A stretch of 64,000 nucleotides of DNA from the human T2T-CHM13v2.0 reference genome, Homo sapiens (GCF_009914755.1 NC_060929.1); one strand, 5' to 3'; positions 1-17,691 are shown, numbered from the stretch's first letter. A program made the numbers and translations. The notes: a model not told the origin generated them from the letters alone.

Positions 1-199
1 TTCTAATGCCTGTACACCATCAATAATTTCTTGTATTACTTGATTCTAGTAGTCTTGATTGTTAGCAACCATGTTCCAGAAATTTTCAGTATCTTATCAA
101 TAGCCTAATGCCACTTCTGTGAGCAGGACATTACTTCTGTGAGCAAAACAGTTTATTTTGATACAGTATTACATGAGTGTAATACAGGTATCAACAAGT

Positions 200-415
200 A
201 ATGTTTATCAGTTGCTTTCTGTGTGCCTATGCATTCCCAGCTAAGCACTTTACCTGCAGTATTTTATTTATATAAAAGCATGTTCCACTGTTACCCCCAT
301 TTTGCAAATGGAAAATCTCAGGCTTAATACTTTGCCCAAAGTTACACAACTTTAAGTGGGAGAGTCTGGATTCAAACCCAAATCTGTAAATTCATGTTCT
401 CTTATCTGCTATGTT
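200..415 (-). mobile_element. MIR SINE (degenerate)
   Basis: CCCATTTTGCAAATGGAAAATCTCAGG...GCCCAAAGTTACACA...GGATTCAAACCCA resembles the reverse MIR core. Confidence 0.65.
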
Positions 416-2304
416 GAGTTGCCAGAGTTAAATACATTTAGTGGTGTGCTTTAGTTAACTTGTGTCCCCCCATCTTAGCCCTTGAAATAATGAAATACTT
501 TGTCTTTTCCCATCCCAGCAAATGGTAGTTGTAATTAATATCTCTGGTATTGATTTGGCATGTGAAATAAACTTTACAAGATCAAATAAGCTTATTTTCT
601 GAGATTTATTATCATACTTCAGGGAAGAACTTTTCTATTAAAATTGTGCTGCAGCTTGACTGTAGAAGACATTAAACCAAAAACTACTTGCTTATTTGAA
701 ATTCAGTTTTCCAGTAGGCTTTGATCTGAAAGAGCCAGGATGGCAAGTAGTAGAGAGCTTTTATTTATGTGTTCTGATGAGAAAATACATTACTTAGGTG
801 GATTTATTATGAATAAATATCCATGATACCGTAAATACTTTATCGTAAACTGAGGCAGATTACAATTTAATTCACATAGGTTAAATCAATGTATAGTGTT
901 TTTATTTTTAAATCTATATTTCTGTTCTTTGGTTTAAAATGGCTATGTTCAAGCTGATTTAAACAGTCTGCTTTCTGGTCTCTTCCTGCACGCAAGACCC
1001 ACCTTCTGAATGCCAATAGAAGTTCTTCTTCCCCTGATGATGTATTTTTTTTTTTCCTGGACCTTTTCTGATTCTGGCTAAGGTACAGCTCTCCTGGGTG
1101 TCTTCTGGCTATTCCAGAGCTCCTCAGCTTTTCCTTGCCCTTCCCTCAAGCATCTGAAAGGAACTTGATATTCACGTGATGATTGTATTGCTTCATTTTG
1201 TTTTGAATTTGACTGATTTTGCATTTGCAGTAATTTGGACAGCTCAGGTAAAGGAAGATTTGTGCTCTCTTGGAGATAAGAGTCTAGGTAGTTAAGTAAG
1301 TGCTGGGATATGGAGTTTATGTCTTAGAGAACTTTGAAGTGTTTTAAAATAATTATTCGTATTAATGGTCAGTGTGCAATGAAATGAATTTTATTGTCTC
1401 CTTATTCAGAAATAGAAAAGTTGGTAAAATGAAATAAATACAATCTTTGAGAATGATATTTAACCTGCTTAATATCTTTTATTTAGCTTTATTTAAAATA
1501 AAACTAGACAAAAGTAAACTTTGAGGTTTTCATTTGATCAGTTTTGTACACTAACTGTGCATTTGTGTGTACTAACTGTACATACAGAAAGAGGAAGGTG
1601 GACTAGTTTTAACATACCTCCATTTGTATTTGAAAGCAATATTTTAGAAATAGTTTTTGAGTAGGACTTCTTAATTTTTAAAACATATTCAGTATCTTCT
1701 AATAGATTTCTTAACTAGAAATTACAGTTAGGCAGTTTCAGCTTCTAGAATGTGTCTAAGAATTTGGAACAAGGTAATGGACATAGCTGTTGTGAAGGCT
1801 GTAGACATTATTCAGCCCCTTTTTAGAGCACATATTTTATATATTTATAATGTAAAATATTTTAATAGTCTGGTTTCTTGGCACACAAAATAGTAAAAAC
1901 TCTAAGTGAAAAAAATATAATATTAAGTTATATTCTTCATTCTTTGCCAGAGGGACAGGGAAATAGAAATATACTTTAGAAGTGTCTGTTTCAAAATAGT
2001 AAAAGAAAAATTAGTATTAAAAGTGATGTGTTCTATAGTATCCCTGGAGATATGAGTCATACATAGGATTTCTATTCAGTATTATAAAAATAGCATTTTA
2101 TATTGTAGATTTTGATATTGGTTATTTTTCATTAATAATTTTTTCTCAGCTGTATGGTCATTAATACCAGCTTTGGTGTAATATAGTACTGCTGCAATAA
2201 GATGTGGAACCATTTAGTTTAAATCTGACTGACATAGAAAACATTATTAATGAACCATTAAAATTTGCTCTTTTGTGACTCAGGGGAAATGGCTGATTCT
2301 AGAG

Positions 2305-2634
2305 TAGGGGTCTCCAACCCCTGGGCTGTGGGCTTGTACTGGCCAGTGACCTGTTAGGAACTGGGCCACACAGCAGGAAGTGAGCACCAGCTAGCGAGCA
2401 TTACCACCTGAGCTCTGCCTCCTGTCACATCAACAGTGGCATTAGATTCTCATAGGAGCACAAACCCTATTGTGAACTGCGTGTGCAAAGGATCTAGGTT
2501 GCATGCTCCTTATGAGAATCTAATACCTGATGATCTGAGATAGTTTGATCCTGAAACCATCCCACCCCACCATACGTAGAAAAATTGTCTTCCACGAAAC
2601 AGGTCCCTGGTGCCAAAAAGGTTGGGGACCACTG
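2305..2634 (+). mobile_element. MER1B-like hAT-Charlie DNA transposon fossil
   Basis: TIRs TAGGGGTCTCCAACC ... GGTTGGGGACCACTG; internal ATTAGATTCTCATAGGAGC / GCTCCTTATGAGAATCTAAT palindrome. Confidence 0.85.
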
Positions 2635-3195
2635 CTTTAATGTATTCATGTTAACTCATTGCCATGTTTTATACTGGTTATAGAAATGTAAAAACCTTAA
2701 AATAGTCAAGACAACTTTGAAAAAGAACAATAAAGTTGATGGACTAACACCACCTAATTTGAAGACTTTACTAGAAGACTTCAAAATAGTATAATATTGA
2801 CAAAAAGGTAGACAAATAGAAGAGTGGGAGAGAATGGCAAGCCCAGAAATAAACCCAGCCATAGACAGACTACTAATTTTGAGAAAGGTACAAAGGGAAC
2901 GTAATGCAGAAAGGACAGTCTTTTTAAGAAATGCTGCTAGAACAATTGGATAACCATATGCAAAAAAGAACTTCATACTTGATATGATATTTTAAAAAAT
3001 TAACTCAAAAAAGAACATAGACTTGAATGTAAAACTGAAAATAGAAAACTCCTAGAAAAAAACAGGAAAAAAAAAATCTTTGCATTCTTGGCTTTGGCAG
3101 ATTTCTCAGAAACAACAGTAAAATCAAGATATATAAAAGAACAAGCGTGAATACACTGGAGTTCGTAAAAAGGCAAAACTCCTTTTCAAAAGAAA

Positions 3196-3719
3196 CCTTC
3201 TTCTTCCTCCTCCCTCCTCCCCCTCTCCCTCCCCTCCCTTCTTTCCCCTCCCTCCTCCCCTCCCCTCCTCCCCTGCCCCCCTTCCCCTACCCCTTCCTCC
3301 CCCTTCTCCCTCCTCCCTCTTCTCCCTCCTGCCTCCTTCCCCCTTCCTCCCTCCTTCCCCCTCTTTCCCTGTCCTCCCTCTCCTCCCCTCCTCCCCCGTC
3401 CTCTCCTCCTCCCTCCTCTCCTCCTCCCCTCTCCTTCCCCCTCCTCCCCTTCTCCCCGTTCCCCCTCCTCTCCCCCTCCCCCTCCCTCCTCCTTTCCCCC
3501 TCCCCCTTCCCCCTCCTCTCCCCCTCCCCCTTCCCCTCTTCCACTCCTCCCTCCTCCCCGCTCCTCTCCCCTCCTCCTCCTTCCTCCTCCTTCCTCCCCT
3601 TTCCTCCCCCCCCCCACTACTGCTACTACTACTTCTTCCTCTTCTTCCTCCTCTTCTTCTTCCTCCTTCTCCTCCTCCTCCTCTTCCTCTTCCCTTTTGT
3701 TTTTTTTTGTTTTTTTTTT
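3196..3719. repeat. ~520-bp polypyrimidine/polypurine low-complexity tract
   Basis: Almost entirely C/T on + (CCT, CTT, CCCCT units). Confidence 0.97.
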
Positions 3720-3840
3720 AAATAAAGATGGGTGTGTCACCATGTTGCCCAGGCTCATGTCAAACTCCTAGCCTCAAGCAGTCCTCTTGCCTCAATGTCT
3801 AAATAGCTGAGATTACAGGTGTGAACCATTACACCAGCTC
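3720..3840 (-). mobile_element. FLAM / old Alu left monomer
   Basis: CACCATGTTGCCCAGGCT...CTCAAGCAGTCCTC...GATTACAGGTGTGAACCA. Confidence 0.8.
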
Positions 3841-4228
3841 CCAAAAGACACTCTTAAGAGAATGAAAAGACAAGCAACAGACGGAGAGAAAATCTTTGTC
3901 AAGGATATATCTGAAAGAGGACTTGTATTTCTAGAATATAGTTTTAAAAACTCTCACAACTCAACGATAAAGGAAAAAGCAATCTAATTACAACATCAGA
4001 AAAATATTTTAATTAGTTCATGAAAGAAGATCTATATATGACAAAAAGCACATAAAAAGATGCTCAACAACATTACTTATTAGGAAGATGCAAATTAAAA
4101 CCATGTAAGATATTACTGTACAGCTATTACAATAGCTAGAATTAAAAAGACTGTAACAAGTGTTAATGAGATGTGGAGGAGCTGGAATACTCATGTACTG
4201 CCAGTGGGGATGAAAAGTAGAACAACCA

Positions 4229-4525
<297 letters not shown>

Positions 4526-5444
4526 AAAATGTAAATAAAAATAGAACAACCTGTTTGTAAAACAGTTTGGCAGTTTCTTAAAAAGTTAAACGTATACCTA
4601 TGATATGTTCCAGCCTTCCCACTTGTAGGTATTTACCTAAGAGAAAAAGGAAATATATGTTCATGGGAAGACTTGTACATGACTATTAATAATAGCTTTA
4701 TTATGAATAATAACAATAATAACTTTATTTATAATAATAAAAAACTAGAAACAACCTAACTGTCCCAACAGTGAATGAATAAACTGTGGTATATTTACAC
4801 AGTGGAATACTACTCAGCAATGAAAAGGAATGAACTTTTGATACATGCCACAAAACTGGGTGACTCTCAGAATAGCTGTGCTGAGTAAAATAAGCCAGAC
4901 AAGGAAAAAAGACTACATAATATATGATCCCATTTATATAAAATTCTATAAAATAGTCAAACTATGGTAACAGAAAAACAGTGGGTAGGGTGGGGCTACC
5001 AAGGGGCTCAAGGAAACTTTGGGGATATGCTCATCATAGTGATTGGGGAATCAAGTATATAAATATGTCAAAAATTATTAAAGCGATATTTTAAATATTT
5101 GCAATTCATTGTGTGTTGATTGTAATTCTATGATGCTGTTTAATAAAAGAAGAAAACGAGTAAGTTTTTTTGTCAAGAGGGATTGTGGTGCAGTTGGAAA
5201 TTGAAAGTTTGTCCTTGTGAGGTTGGAATAACGATATCTAGTGTTAGCATGACGAGTTCACATAAGTTATTACAATGTTGTTAACTTGAGGCCTCAGGTG
5301 GTTGCCACTTTTTTTTGTTTGTGCTTTTAAGGTTTGAATGTCATTCTGCAGGTAAATGTAAAGATAATGAGAAAAATGACGTTTTTCCCCTTCTTTCTCT
5401 CCCCCTAACCCCCTTTTTTCTTTCTTTCTTTTTTTTTTTCAAAG

Positions 5445-5546
5445 GAGTGACAGTTCATTTAGATTCTTTGTATTCTTCTTCGTCTATATTTGTCAGTTTG
5501 CTGTACATGTACTCCAAGCTGCAGGATTTCATAACTGGGGCAATTG
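5445..5546 (+). CDS. SCAMP1: SCAMP1 internal coding exon (third from last), 102 nt, phase 2-2; includes a hydrophobic TM segment
   Basis: Branch-like CCTAAC at ~5404, long pyrimidine tract, AAAG|G acceptor and TG|GTAAGT donor. Translates (R)[33 protein letters not shown](C), recognised as SCAMP1. Not called in the ORF track. Confidence 0.95.
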
Positions 5547-6761
5547 GTAAGTTTTTTTTTTTACTAGTTTTCAGCTTTAATCTAATATTGTAATATAATT
5601 TTTGGCTTCCTAATCTAGTTAACACAGATAAACCAGATTAGAAAAATTAAATAAAAAGCAAAAATTGTTTTAAAAATACAATTTTAAAATGTCATAAGGC
5701 ATAAACTTTGGACAAACCTGTGTCTTTGAAGATTATGTTCCCATCTATAAAAACAGCACATTTTTTCTAGTTTAAATAAAACATGTATGTAAGGGCGCTA
5801 AGAGGAAGACTGCAAAAGAGACTGAGGTGGTCAGAGAGATAGAGGGACCAAGGAATGTGGAAGGGACAGGAAAGAGCTTCAGGGATTTTAAGGAAAAGGG
5901 ATACCTATTATGTATAAAGCCCTATTTTAGGTATACAAACAGATATATTTTTATATACGAATATGCATGGACACTTGTCTTTGAAAGGTAGAATAACTGC
6001 ACACACGTTATATACATATATCTTTAAACAATCGAATCATTCTCATGGCTCATTCAGTGGGGGACCTCAGAAATGGAGACTATCTGGACCCAGGCTAGGA
6101 GGTAATAGCAGATTTAGGTCTCTCTTTACATTCTGATGCAAACATTCCTTGAGTGAAATGGTGGGTGGAAGAGTACACATCTCTAAAATTATCTGTTCCT
6201 CTCTTCTTTCTTTTATACTGACTTGCATTCAGCTGTATTCTTACATGTCAGAAGAATGTGTGATGCAACTTTGTTCCACTGTGTACATTAAACCAAAATT
6301 GAAATTAGCATTTAATTAGAATGTGTTGAGGACTTACATTTAGTATTCTGCTACTGAAGTGGAGAAGTGATTGGCAGACAACTCCTGGCAGTTCTGCAGA
6401 GCTCCTAATGGGCATAAATACATGCAGAAAATTTATATAGATATTTAAAATCAGTTCTCAGATAAAGTAGTTTTTATTATTATTTTAAATAGTGTCTAGT
6501 TTTTGGTATTTTAGGGAAAGGAAATGTTTTAAATGTTTAATTAAAAATATACTGCTTACTTTAACAGCACGAGGTTTTTTTAATTCTCGTGAAAGTGAGG
6601 TAATTTCTTTCGCTTTTTAGCACAGACATAGGGAAAATGCTAAAATTGAGCATAACAGCATGTATGTGACTAAATAGCGTAAAAAGAGTCTGCTAATGAG
6701 GGTGCATACAGAATTGACCTGTTTTAAGATAGACCCTCATGTAGTTCAGATTTTTTAGGTT

Positions 6762-7677
<916 letters not shown>

Positions 7678-7917
7678 GCACATTTAGTTTTCTTTTCTTT
7701 TTTTTTTTATTATACTTTAAGTTTTAGGGTACATGTGCACATTGTGCAGGTTAGTTACATATGTATACATGTGCCATGCTGGTGCGCTGCACCCACTAAC
7801 TCGTCATCTAGCATTAGGTATATCTCCCAATGCTATCCCTCCCCCCTCCCTCCCCCCACCCCACGACAGTCCCCAGAGTGTGATATTCCCCTTCCTGTGT
7901 CCATGTGATCTCATTGT

Positions 7918-11764
<3,847 letters not shown>

Positions 11765-11800
11765 TTAGTTGATGCAGTTTCTTCCTAGTCTCGATGGTCT

Positions 11801-12817
11801 TTACATTTTGGCATGATTTTGCAGCGGCTGGTACCGGTTGTTCTTTTCCATGTTTAGCGTTTCCTTCAGGAACTCTTTTAGGGCAGGCCTGGTGGTGACA
11901 AAATCTCTCAGCATTTGCTTGTTTGTAAAGTATTTTATTTCTCCTTCACTTATGAAGTTTAGTTTGGCTGGATATGAAATTCTGGGTTGAAAATTCTTTT
12001 CTTTAAGAATGTTGAATATTGGCCCCCACTCTCTTCTGGCTTGTAGGGTTTCTGCCGACAGATCTGCTGTTAGTCTGATGGGCTTCCCTTTGAGGGTAAC
12101 CCGACCTTTCTCTCTGGCTGCCCTTAACATTTTTTCCTTCATTTCAACTTTGGTGAATCTGACAGTTATGTGTCTTGGAGTTGCTCTTCTAGAGGAGTAT
12201 CTTTGTGGTGGTCTCTGTATTTCCTGAATCTGAGCGTTGGCCTGCCTTGCTAGATTGGGGAAGTTCTCCTGGATAATATCCTGCAGAGTGTTTTCCAACT
12301 TGGTTCCATTCTCCCCATCACTTTCAGGTACACCAATCAGACGTAGATTTGGTCTTTTCACATAGTCCCATATTTCTTGGAGGCTTTGCTCATTTCTTTT
12401 TATTCTTTTTTCTCTAAACTTCCCTTCTTGCTTCATTTCATTCATTTCATCTTCCATTGCTGATACCCTTTCTTCCAGTTGATCGCATGGGCTCCTGAGG
12501 CTTCTGCATTCTTCACGTAGTTCTCGAGCCTTGGTTTTCAGCTCCATCAGCTCCTTTAAGCACTTCTCTGTATTGGTTATTCTAGTTATACATTCTTCTA
12601 AATTTTTTTCAAAGTTTTCAACTTCTTTGCCTTTGGTTTGAATGTCCTCCCGTAGCTCAGAGTAATTTGATCGTCTGAAGCCTTCTTCTCTCAACTCGTC
12701 AAAGTCATTCTCCATCCAGCTTTGTTCCGTTGCTGGTGAGGAACTGCGTTCCTTTGGTAGAGGAGAGGCGCTCTGCGTTTTAGAGTTTCCAGTTTTTCTG
12801 TTCTGTTTTTTCCCCGT
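11801..12817 (-). CDS. L1 ORF1p: 338 codons open, but initiator is ACG; first ATG is codon 35 (12715)
   Basis: AAAG-ACG-GGG-AAA-AAA-CAG reads without a stop into the tracked 304-aa ORF; 1017 nt including stop, the canonical ORF1 length. Confidence 0.85.
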   Translation of the reverse strand, partial: TGKKQNRKTGNSKTQSASPLPKERSSSPATEQSWMENDFDELREEGFRRSNYSELREDIQTKGKEVENFEKNLEECITRITNTEKCLKELMELKTKARELREECRSLRSPCDQLEERVSAMEDEMNEMKQEGKFREKRIKRNEQSLQEIWDYVKRPNLRLIGVPESDGENGTKLENTLQDIIQENFPNLARQANAQIQEIQRPPQRYSSRRATPRHITVRFTKVEMKEKMLRAAREKGRVTLKGKPIRLTADLSAETLQARREWGPIFNILKEKNFQPRISYPAKLNFISEGEIKYFTNKQMLRDFVTTRPALKEFLKETLNMEKNNRYQPLQNHAKM

Positions 12818-13722
12818 CTTTGTGGTTTTATCTACTTTTGGTCTTTGATGATGGTGATGTACAGATGGGTTTTTGGTGTGGATGTCCTTTCTGTTTGTTA
12901 GTTTTCCTTCTAACAGACAGGACCCTCAGCTGCAGGTCTGTTGGAATACCCTGTCGTGTAAGGTGTCAGTGTGCCCCTGCTGGGGGGTGCCTCCCAGTTA
13001 GGCTGCTCGGGGGTCAGGGGTCAGGGACCCAGTTGAGGAGGCAGTCTGCCCGTTCTCAGATCTCCAGCTGCGTGCTGGGAGAACCACTGCTCTCTTCAAA
13101 GCTGTCAGACAGGGACATTTAAGTCTGCAGAGGTTACTGCTGACTTTTTGTTTGTCTGTGCCCTGCCCCCAGAGGTGGAGCCTTCAGAGGCAGGCAGTCC
13201 TCCTTGAGCTGTGGTGGGCTCCACCCAGTTCGAGCTTCCCGGCTGCTTTGTTTACCTAAGCAAGCCTGGGCAATGGTGGGCGCCCCTCCCCCAGCCTCGC
13301 TGCCGCCTTGCAGTTTGATCTCAGATTGCTGTGCTAGCAATCAGCGAGACTCCGTGGGCGTAGGACCCTCCGAGCCAGGTGCAGGATATAATCTCGTGGT
13401 GCGCCATTTTTTAAGCCGGTCCGAAAGGCGCAATATTCGGGTGGGAGTGACCCGATTTTCCAGGTGCGTCTGTCACCCCTTTCTTTGACTCGGAAAGGGA
13501 ACTCCCTGACCCCTTGCGCTTCCCAAGTGAGGCAATGCCTCGCCCTGCTTCGGCTTGTGCACGGTGCGCGCACCCACTGACCTGTGCCCACTGTCTGGCA
13601 CTCCCTAGTGAGATGAACCTGGTACCTCAGATGGAAATGCAGAAATCACCCGTCTTCTGCGTCGCTCTCGCTGGGAGCTGTAGACCGGAGCTGTTCCTAT
13701 TCGGCCATCTTGGCTCCTCTCC
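12818..13722. promoter_or_regulatory. L1 5' UTR: internal sense promoter (-) and antisense promoter (+, same direction as SCAMP1); CpG-rich; YY1 site at 13703-13712
   Basis: The most CpG-dense stretch of the window; CAAGATGGCC intact on minus. Promoter function is inferred from established L1 biology. Confidence 0.8.
13273..13488 (+). CDS. L1 ORF0 (71 aa, antisense to the L1 5' UTR), intact
   Basis: GCAATGG start context; MVGAPPPASLPPCSLISDCCASNQRDSVGVGPSEPG...RFSRCVCHPFL-TGA; internal donors CAG|GTGCAG (13378) and CAG|GTGCGT (13463). Confidence 0.85.
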   Translation: MVGAPPPASLPPCSLISDCCASNQRDSVGVGPSEPGAGYNLVVRHFLSRSERRNIRVGVTRFSRCVCHPFL

Positions 13723-14115
13723 GCATGTTTAGTTTTCTAAAGAAACAGACAAACTGTTCTCTAGAATGCTTGTGCTATTTTACACTCCCACCAACAATTA
13801 TGAGCAATTTAGTCTCCACTTCCTCATCAGCATTTAGTGGTTATTACTTTTTATTTTAGCCATCCTAATAGGTGTGTAGTGATATCTCATTGTGGTTTTG
13901 AACATCTTTTCATGTGCTTATTTGTCGTCTTTATGTCCTCTTAGTAAAATGTCTCTTCATGTCTTTTATCCATTTTCTTAATTTTTGTATTCTGTTGAGC
14001 TTTGAAAGTTATGTATATTCTAGATGTGAATCCTTTGTTGGATATATGGTTTATAAATATCTTCTTTCATAATTCAGCAGAATTGAAAATAAACATTTAA
14101 AAAAATGTAATAATA

Positions 14116-14399
14116 GGCCAGGTGCAGTGGCTCACGCTATAATCCCAGTTTGGGAGGCCGAGTCAGGTGGATCACGAGGTCAGGAGTTTGAGACCAGTCT
14201 GACCAACATGGTGAAACCCCGTCTCTACTAAAGATACAAAAAGTAGCCAGGCGTGGTGGCACGCACCTGTAATCCCAGCTACTCAGGAGGCTGAGGTAGG
14301 AGAATCGCTTGAACCCAGGAGGCGGAGATTACAATGAGCCGAGATCATGCCACTATACTGCAGCCTGGGCAACAGAGCGAGCTTCTGTCTCAAAAAAAA
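14116..14399 (+). mobile_element. Alu (AluSg-like)
   Basis: Dimer with GGATCACGAGGTCAGGAGTT; TSD ~GTAATAATA. Confidence 0.9.
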
Positions 14400-14469
14400 G
14401 AGTAATAATAAATTCAAAACTCATAAGCTTAAAAAATGTACAGCTTAAAAAATGTACAGTCTGGAATTA

Positions 14470-14700
14470 AACACTTGAGACTCTGGAGTTTGGTTTGCTT
14501 TTGAATTTAGACTATGCCATTTATAAGCTGTGTGACCTCGGGCAGATTACTGAATGTCTCAGTTCCTCATTTGTCAAATGGGGATTTAAAACAGCATCTA
14601 TCCTATTGGGTGGGTTGTGAGAATTAAATGCACTAATACACATAAAGAACTTGAATATTGCCTGGCTGATAAGTGTTGAATATGTGTTAGATATTATGCT
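14470..14700 (+). mobile_element. MIR
   Basis: GCTGTGTGACCTCGGGCAG...CTCAGTTCCTCATTTGTCAAATGGGGAT...GTTGTGAGAATTAAATG. Confidence 0.8.
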
Positions 14701-14756
14701 ATTTTTAAAAAGTTTACATCAACCTTTGCCTAATTACACTTTTTATTACTTTTTAG

Positions 14757-14874
14757 TGGTTGGATTTCATCCCTTACTGGTCTCAACCAAAATATTCCTG
14801 TTGGAATCATGATGATAATCATAGCAGCACTTTTCACAGCATCAGCAGTCATCTCACTAGTTATGTTCAAAAAA
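14757..14874 (+). CDS. SCAMP1: SCAMP1 penultimate coding exon, 118 nt, phase 2-0; last TM segment
   Basis: TTTTAG|T acceptor and AAA|GTAAGT donor. Translates (C)[39 protein letters not shown] and joins the previous exon in frame (TG+T = Cys). Confidence 0.95.
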
Positions 14875-16229
14875 GTAAGTGAAATTTTATGTCTAAATTT
14901 TTATAGTGAACGTGATGTAAAGTTCTCATTTTCCTGTTTTGCTATAATTTGGTGTAACCTGAAGCCATTTTATCGTTATTGTATGAGTTTGCTCTCTGAG
15001 GATTACTTTTTACAATTAAAAGTTATGCATAGGTACATTTTAGAAAATTGCATCACATTTTAAACTTCAGTAAAAAGGGAATATTTTAAAATCATTTTAA
15101 CTGAAGGCTTTCATGAGTTAAAGAGTCAGCCTCATTTTTAAAATTTGGATTTTTAAATATACTCTAAATTTCTTTTTTTTGATATGAAGGATATTAGCCT
15201 GTTAATAAATAGAAGTAAAATTATTATGTGATATGTACATTTTATTCATATATATCTCTTAGGTTTTTGTTTTGTTTTTTAATTTTTTATTATAAATTCA
15301 GAGGGAACATGTGCAGGTTTGTTACATGGTTATGTTGCATAATGCTGGGGTTTGGGCTTCTATTGAACCCATCACCCAAATAGTGAACATAGTACCCGAT
15401 AGTTTTTCAAGCTTTGCTCTTCTCCCTCCCTCCCTTTTGGGTCCCCGGTGTCTGTTTCCATCTTTATGTCTGTGTGAACCCTTTGTTTAGCTCCCACTTC
15501 TAAGTGAGAACATGCAGTATTTGATTTTCTGTTAGTGTGTTAATTCACTTAGGATAATGGCGTGCAGCTGCATCTATGTTGCTACGAAGGACATAATTTC
15601 ATTTTTTAGGTGGTGTAGTATTTCGTGATGTATATGTATCACATTTTCTTTATTCAGTCTACTATTGATGGACGCTTAGGTTGATTCTGTGACTTTGCTA
15701 TTGTGACTAGTGCTGCAATAAGCATATGAGTGCAGGTGTCTTTTTGATAAAATGATTTCTTTTCCTTTGGTTAGATACCCAGTATAGGGTGATTGCTGGG
15801 TTGAATGGAAGGTCTATTTTTACTTCTTTGAGAAATCTCCATACTGTTTTCCACAGAAGTAGAACAAATTTATATTCCCGTCAACGGTATATAAGCATTC
15901 CATTTTCTCTGCATCCTTGCCAACATCTGTTGTTTTTTGAGTTTTTAATAATAGCCATTTTGACTGGTGTGAGATGGGAATTATTGTGGTTTTGATTTGC
16001 ATTTCTCTGATTGGTGATGTTGAGTTTTCTTCCATTTGTTGGCTGCTTGTATGTCTTCATTCAAGAAGTGTCTGTTGATATCCTTTGCCTACTTTTTAAT
16101 GGGGTTTTTTTTTTTCTTGTTGATTTGTTTAAGTCCTTTATACATTCTGGATATTAGTCCTTTGTCAGATGCATAGTTTGCACATATTTTCTCCCATCCT
16201 GTAGATTGTCTCTTTCTTTACTCTGTTTA

Positions 16230-16640
16230 TTCTCTCTTTCTTTCTTTTGGTTTCTTTTCTCCCTCCTTCCTTCCTTCCTTCCTTCCTTCCTTCCTTCCTT
16301 CCTTCCTTCCTTCCTTCCTTCCGTCTTTCCTCTATCTGTCTCTCTTTCTGTCTTCCTGTCTCTTTTGTGAAAGAGAGTCTCACTCTGTCACCCAGGCTGG
16401 AGTGCAGTGGCTCAATCTCAGCTCATTGCAATCTCCACCTCCCGTGTTCACACAATTTTCCTGTCTCAGCCTCTTGAGTAGCTAGGATTACAGGTGTGCA
16501 CCAGCATGCCTGGCTAATTTTTATATGTTTAGTAGAGATGGAGTTTGACCATGTTGGCCAGCCTGGCCTTGAACTCCAGACCTCAAATGATCAGCCCTCA
16601 CAAAGTACTGGGATTACAGGCATGAGCCACCACGCCCAGC
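16230..16640 (-). mobile_element. Alu with an expanded (TTCC)n tail (16264-16322)
   Basis: Reverse Alu body at ~16370-16640 preceded by a C/T microsatellite. Confidence 0.88.
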
Positions 16641-17061
16641 CTGTTTAGTGTTTCTTTTGCTATGCAGAAGCTCTTTAAGTCCCATTTGTCAATTTTTGTT
16701 TGTGTTCCATTTGCTATTGAGGTCTTAGTAGTAAATTCTTTGTCTAGGCCAATGTCTAGAAGAGTATTTCCTAGATTTTCTTCTAGGATTTTTGTAGTTT
16801 GAGGTTTTACATTTAAGTCTTCAATCCATCTTGAGTTAATTTTTGTATGTGGTGAGAAGTAGGGGTCAATTTTATTCTTCTGCATGTGGCTAGCCAGTTT
16901 ACCCAGCACCATTTATTGAATAGGGTGTCCTTTCCCCATTGTTCATTATTGTCAGCTTTGTTAAAGATCAGTTGGTTGTAGGTGTGTGGCATTATTTCTG
17001 GGTTCTCTGTTCGATTGGTCTGTTTTTGTACTGGTTACCATGCTGCTTGCTTACCATAGTC

Positions 17062-17352
17062 TTTTTTCTTTTTTGAGACAGAATCTTGCTCTGACGCCCA
17101 GGCTGGAGTGCAGTGGCACAATCTCGGCTCACTGCACCCTCAGCCTCCCCAGGTTCAAGTGATTCTCATGCCTCAGACAGCCAAGTAGTTGGGACTAACA
17201 AGCGTGAACCACCATTCCTGGCTGATTTTTGTATTTTTAGCAGAGACGGGATTTCACCATGTTGGCCAGGTTGGTCTCTAACTCCTGGCCTCAAGTGATC
17301 CGCCCGCCTCAGCCTCCCAAAGTGCTGGGATTACAGGTGTGAGCCACTGTGC
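17062..17352 (-). mobile_element. Alu (S/J)
   Basis: Reverse Alu dimer. Confidence 0.9.
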
Positions 17353-17689
17353 ACTATAGTTTGAAGTCAGGCATTATGATGCCTCTGGCTTTGTTCTTTT
17401 TGCTTAGGATTGCTTTAGCTATTCAGACTCTTTTTGGTTCCATATGAATTTTAGAATTGTATTTTCTACTTCTGTGAAAAATGATGTTGGTAATTTGATA
17501 GGATTGTATTGAATCTATATATTGCTTTGGACAGTATGGTCATTGTAACAATATTGATTCTTCTAATCCATGAATGTGGATGTTTTTCCATTTCTTTGTG
17601 TCATGTGTGATTTCTTTCATCAGTGATTTGCAATTCTTCTTATGGAGTTCTTTCACCTTCTTAGTTAAATGTATTCTGGATGTGTGTAG

Positions 17690-17691
<2 letters not shown>

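Noticed and set aside
3147-3758. Pro/Ser/Leu-rich and Gly/Glu/Arg-rich ORFs of ~190 aa
   Set aside because: Artefacts of a stop-free low-complexity C/T tract.
14809-15063. 84-aa ORF as a standalone gene
   Set aside because: It is part of a SCAMP1 exon read through the GTAAGT donor into the intron.
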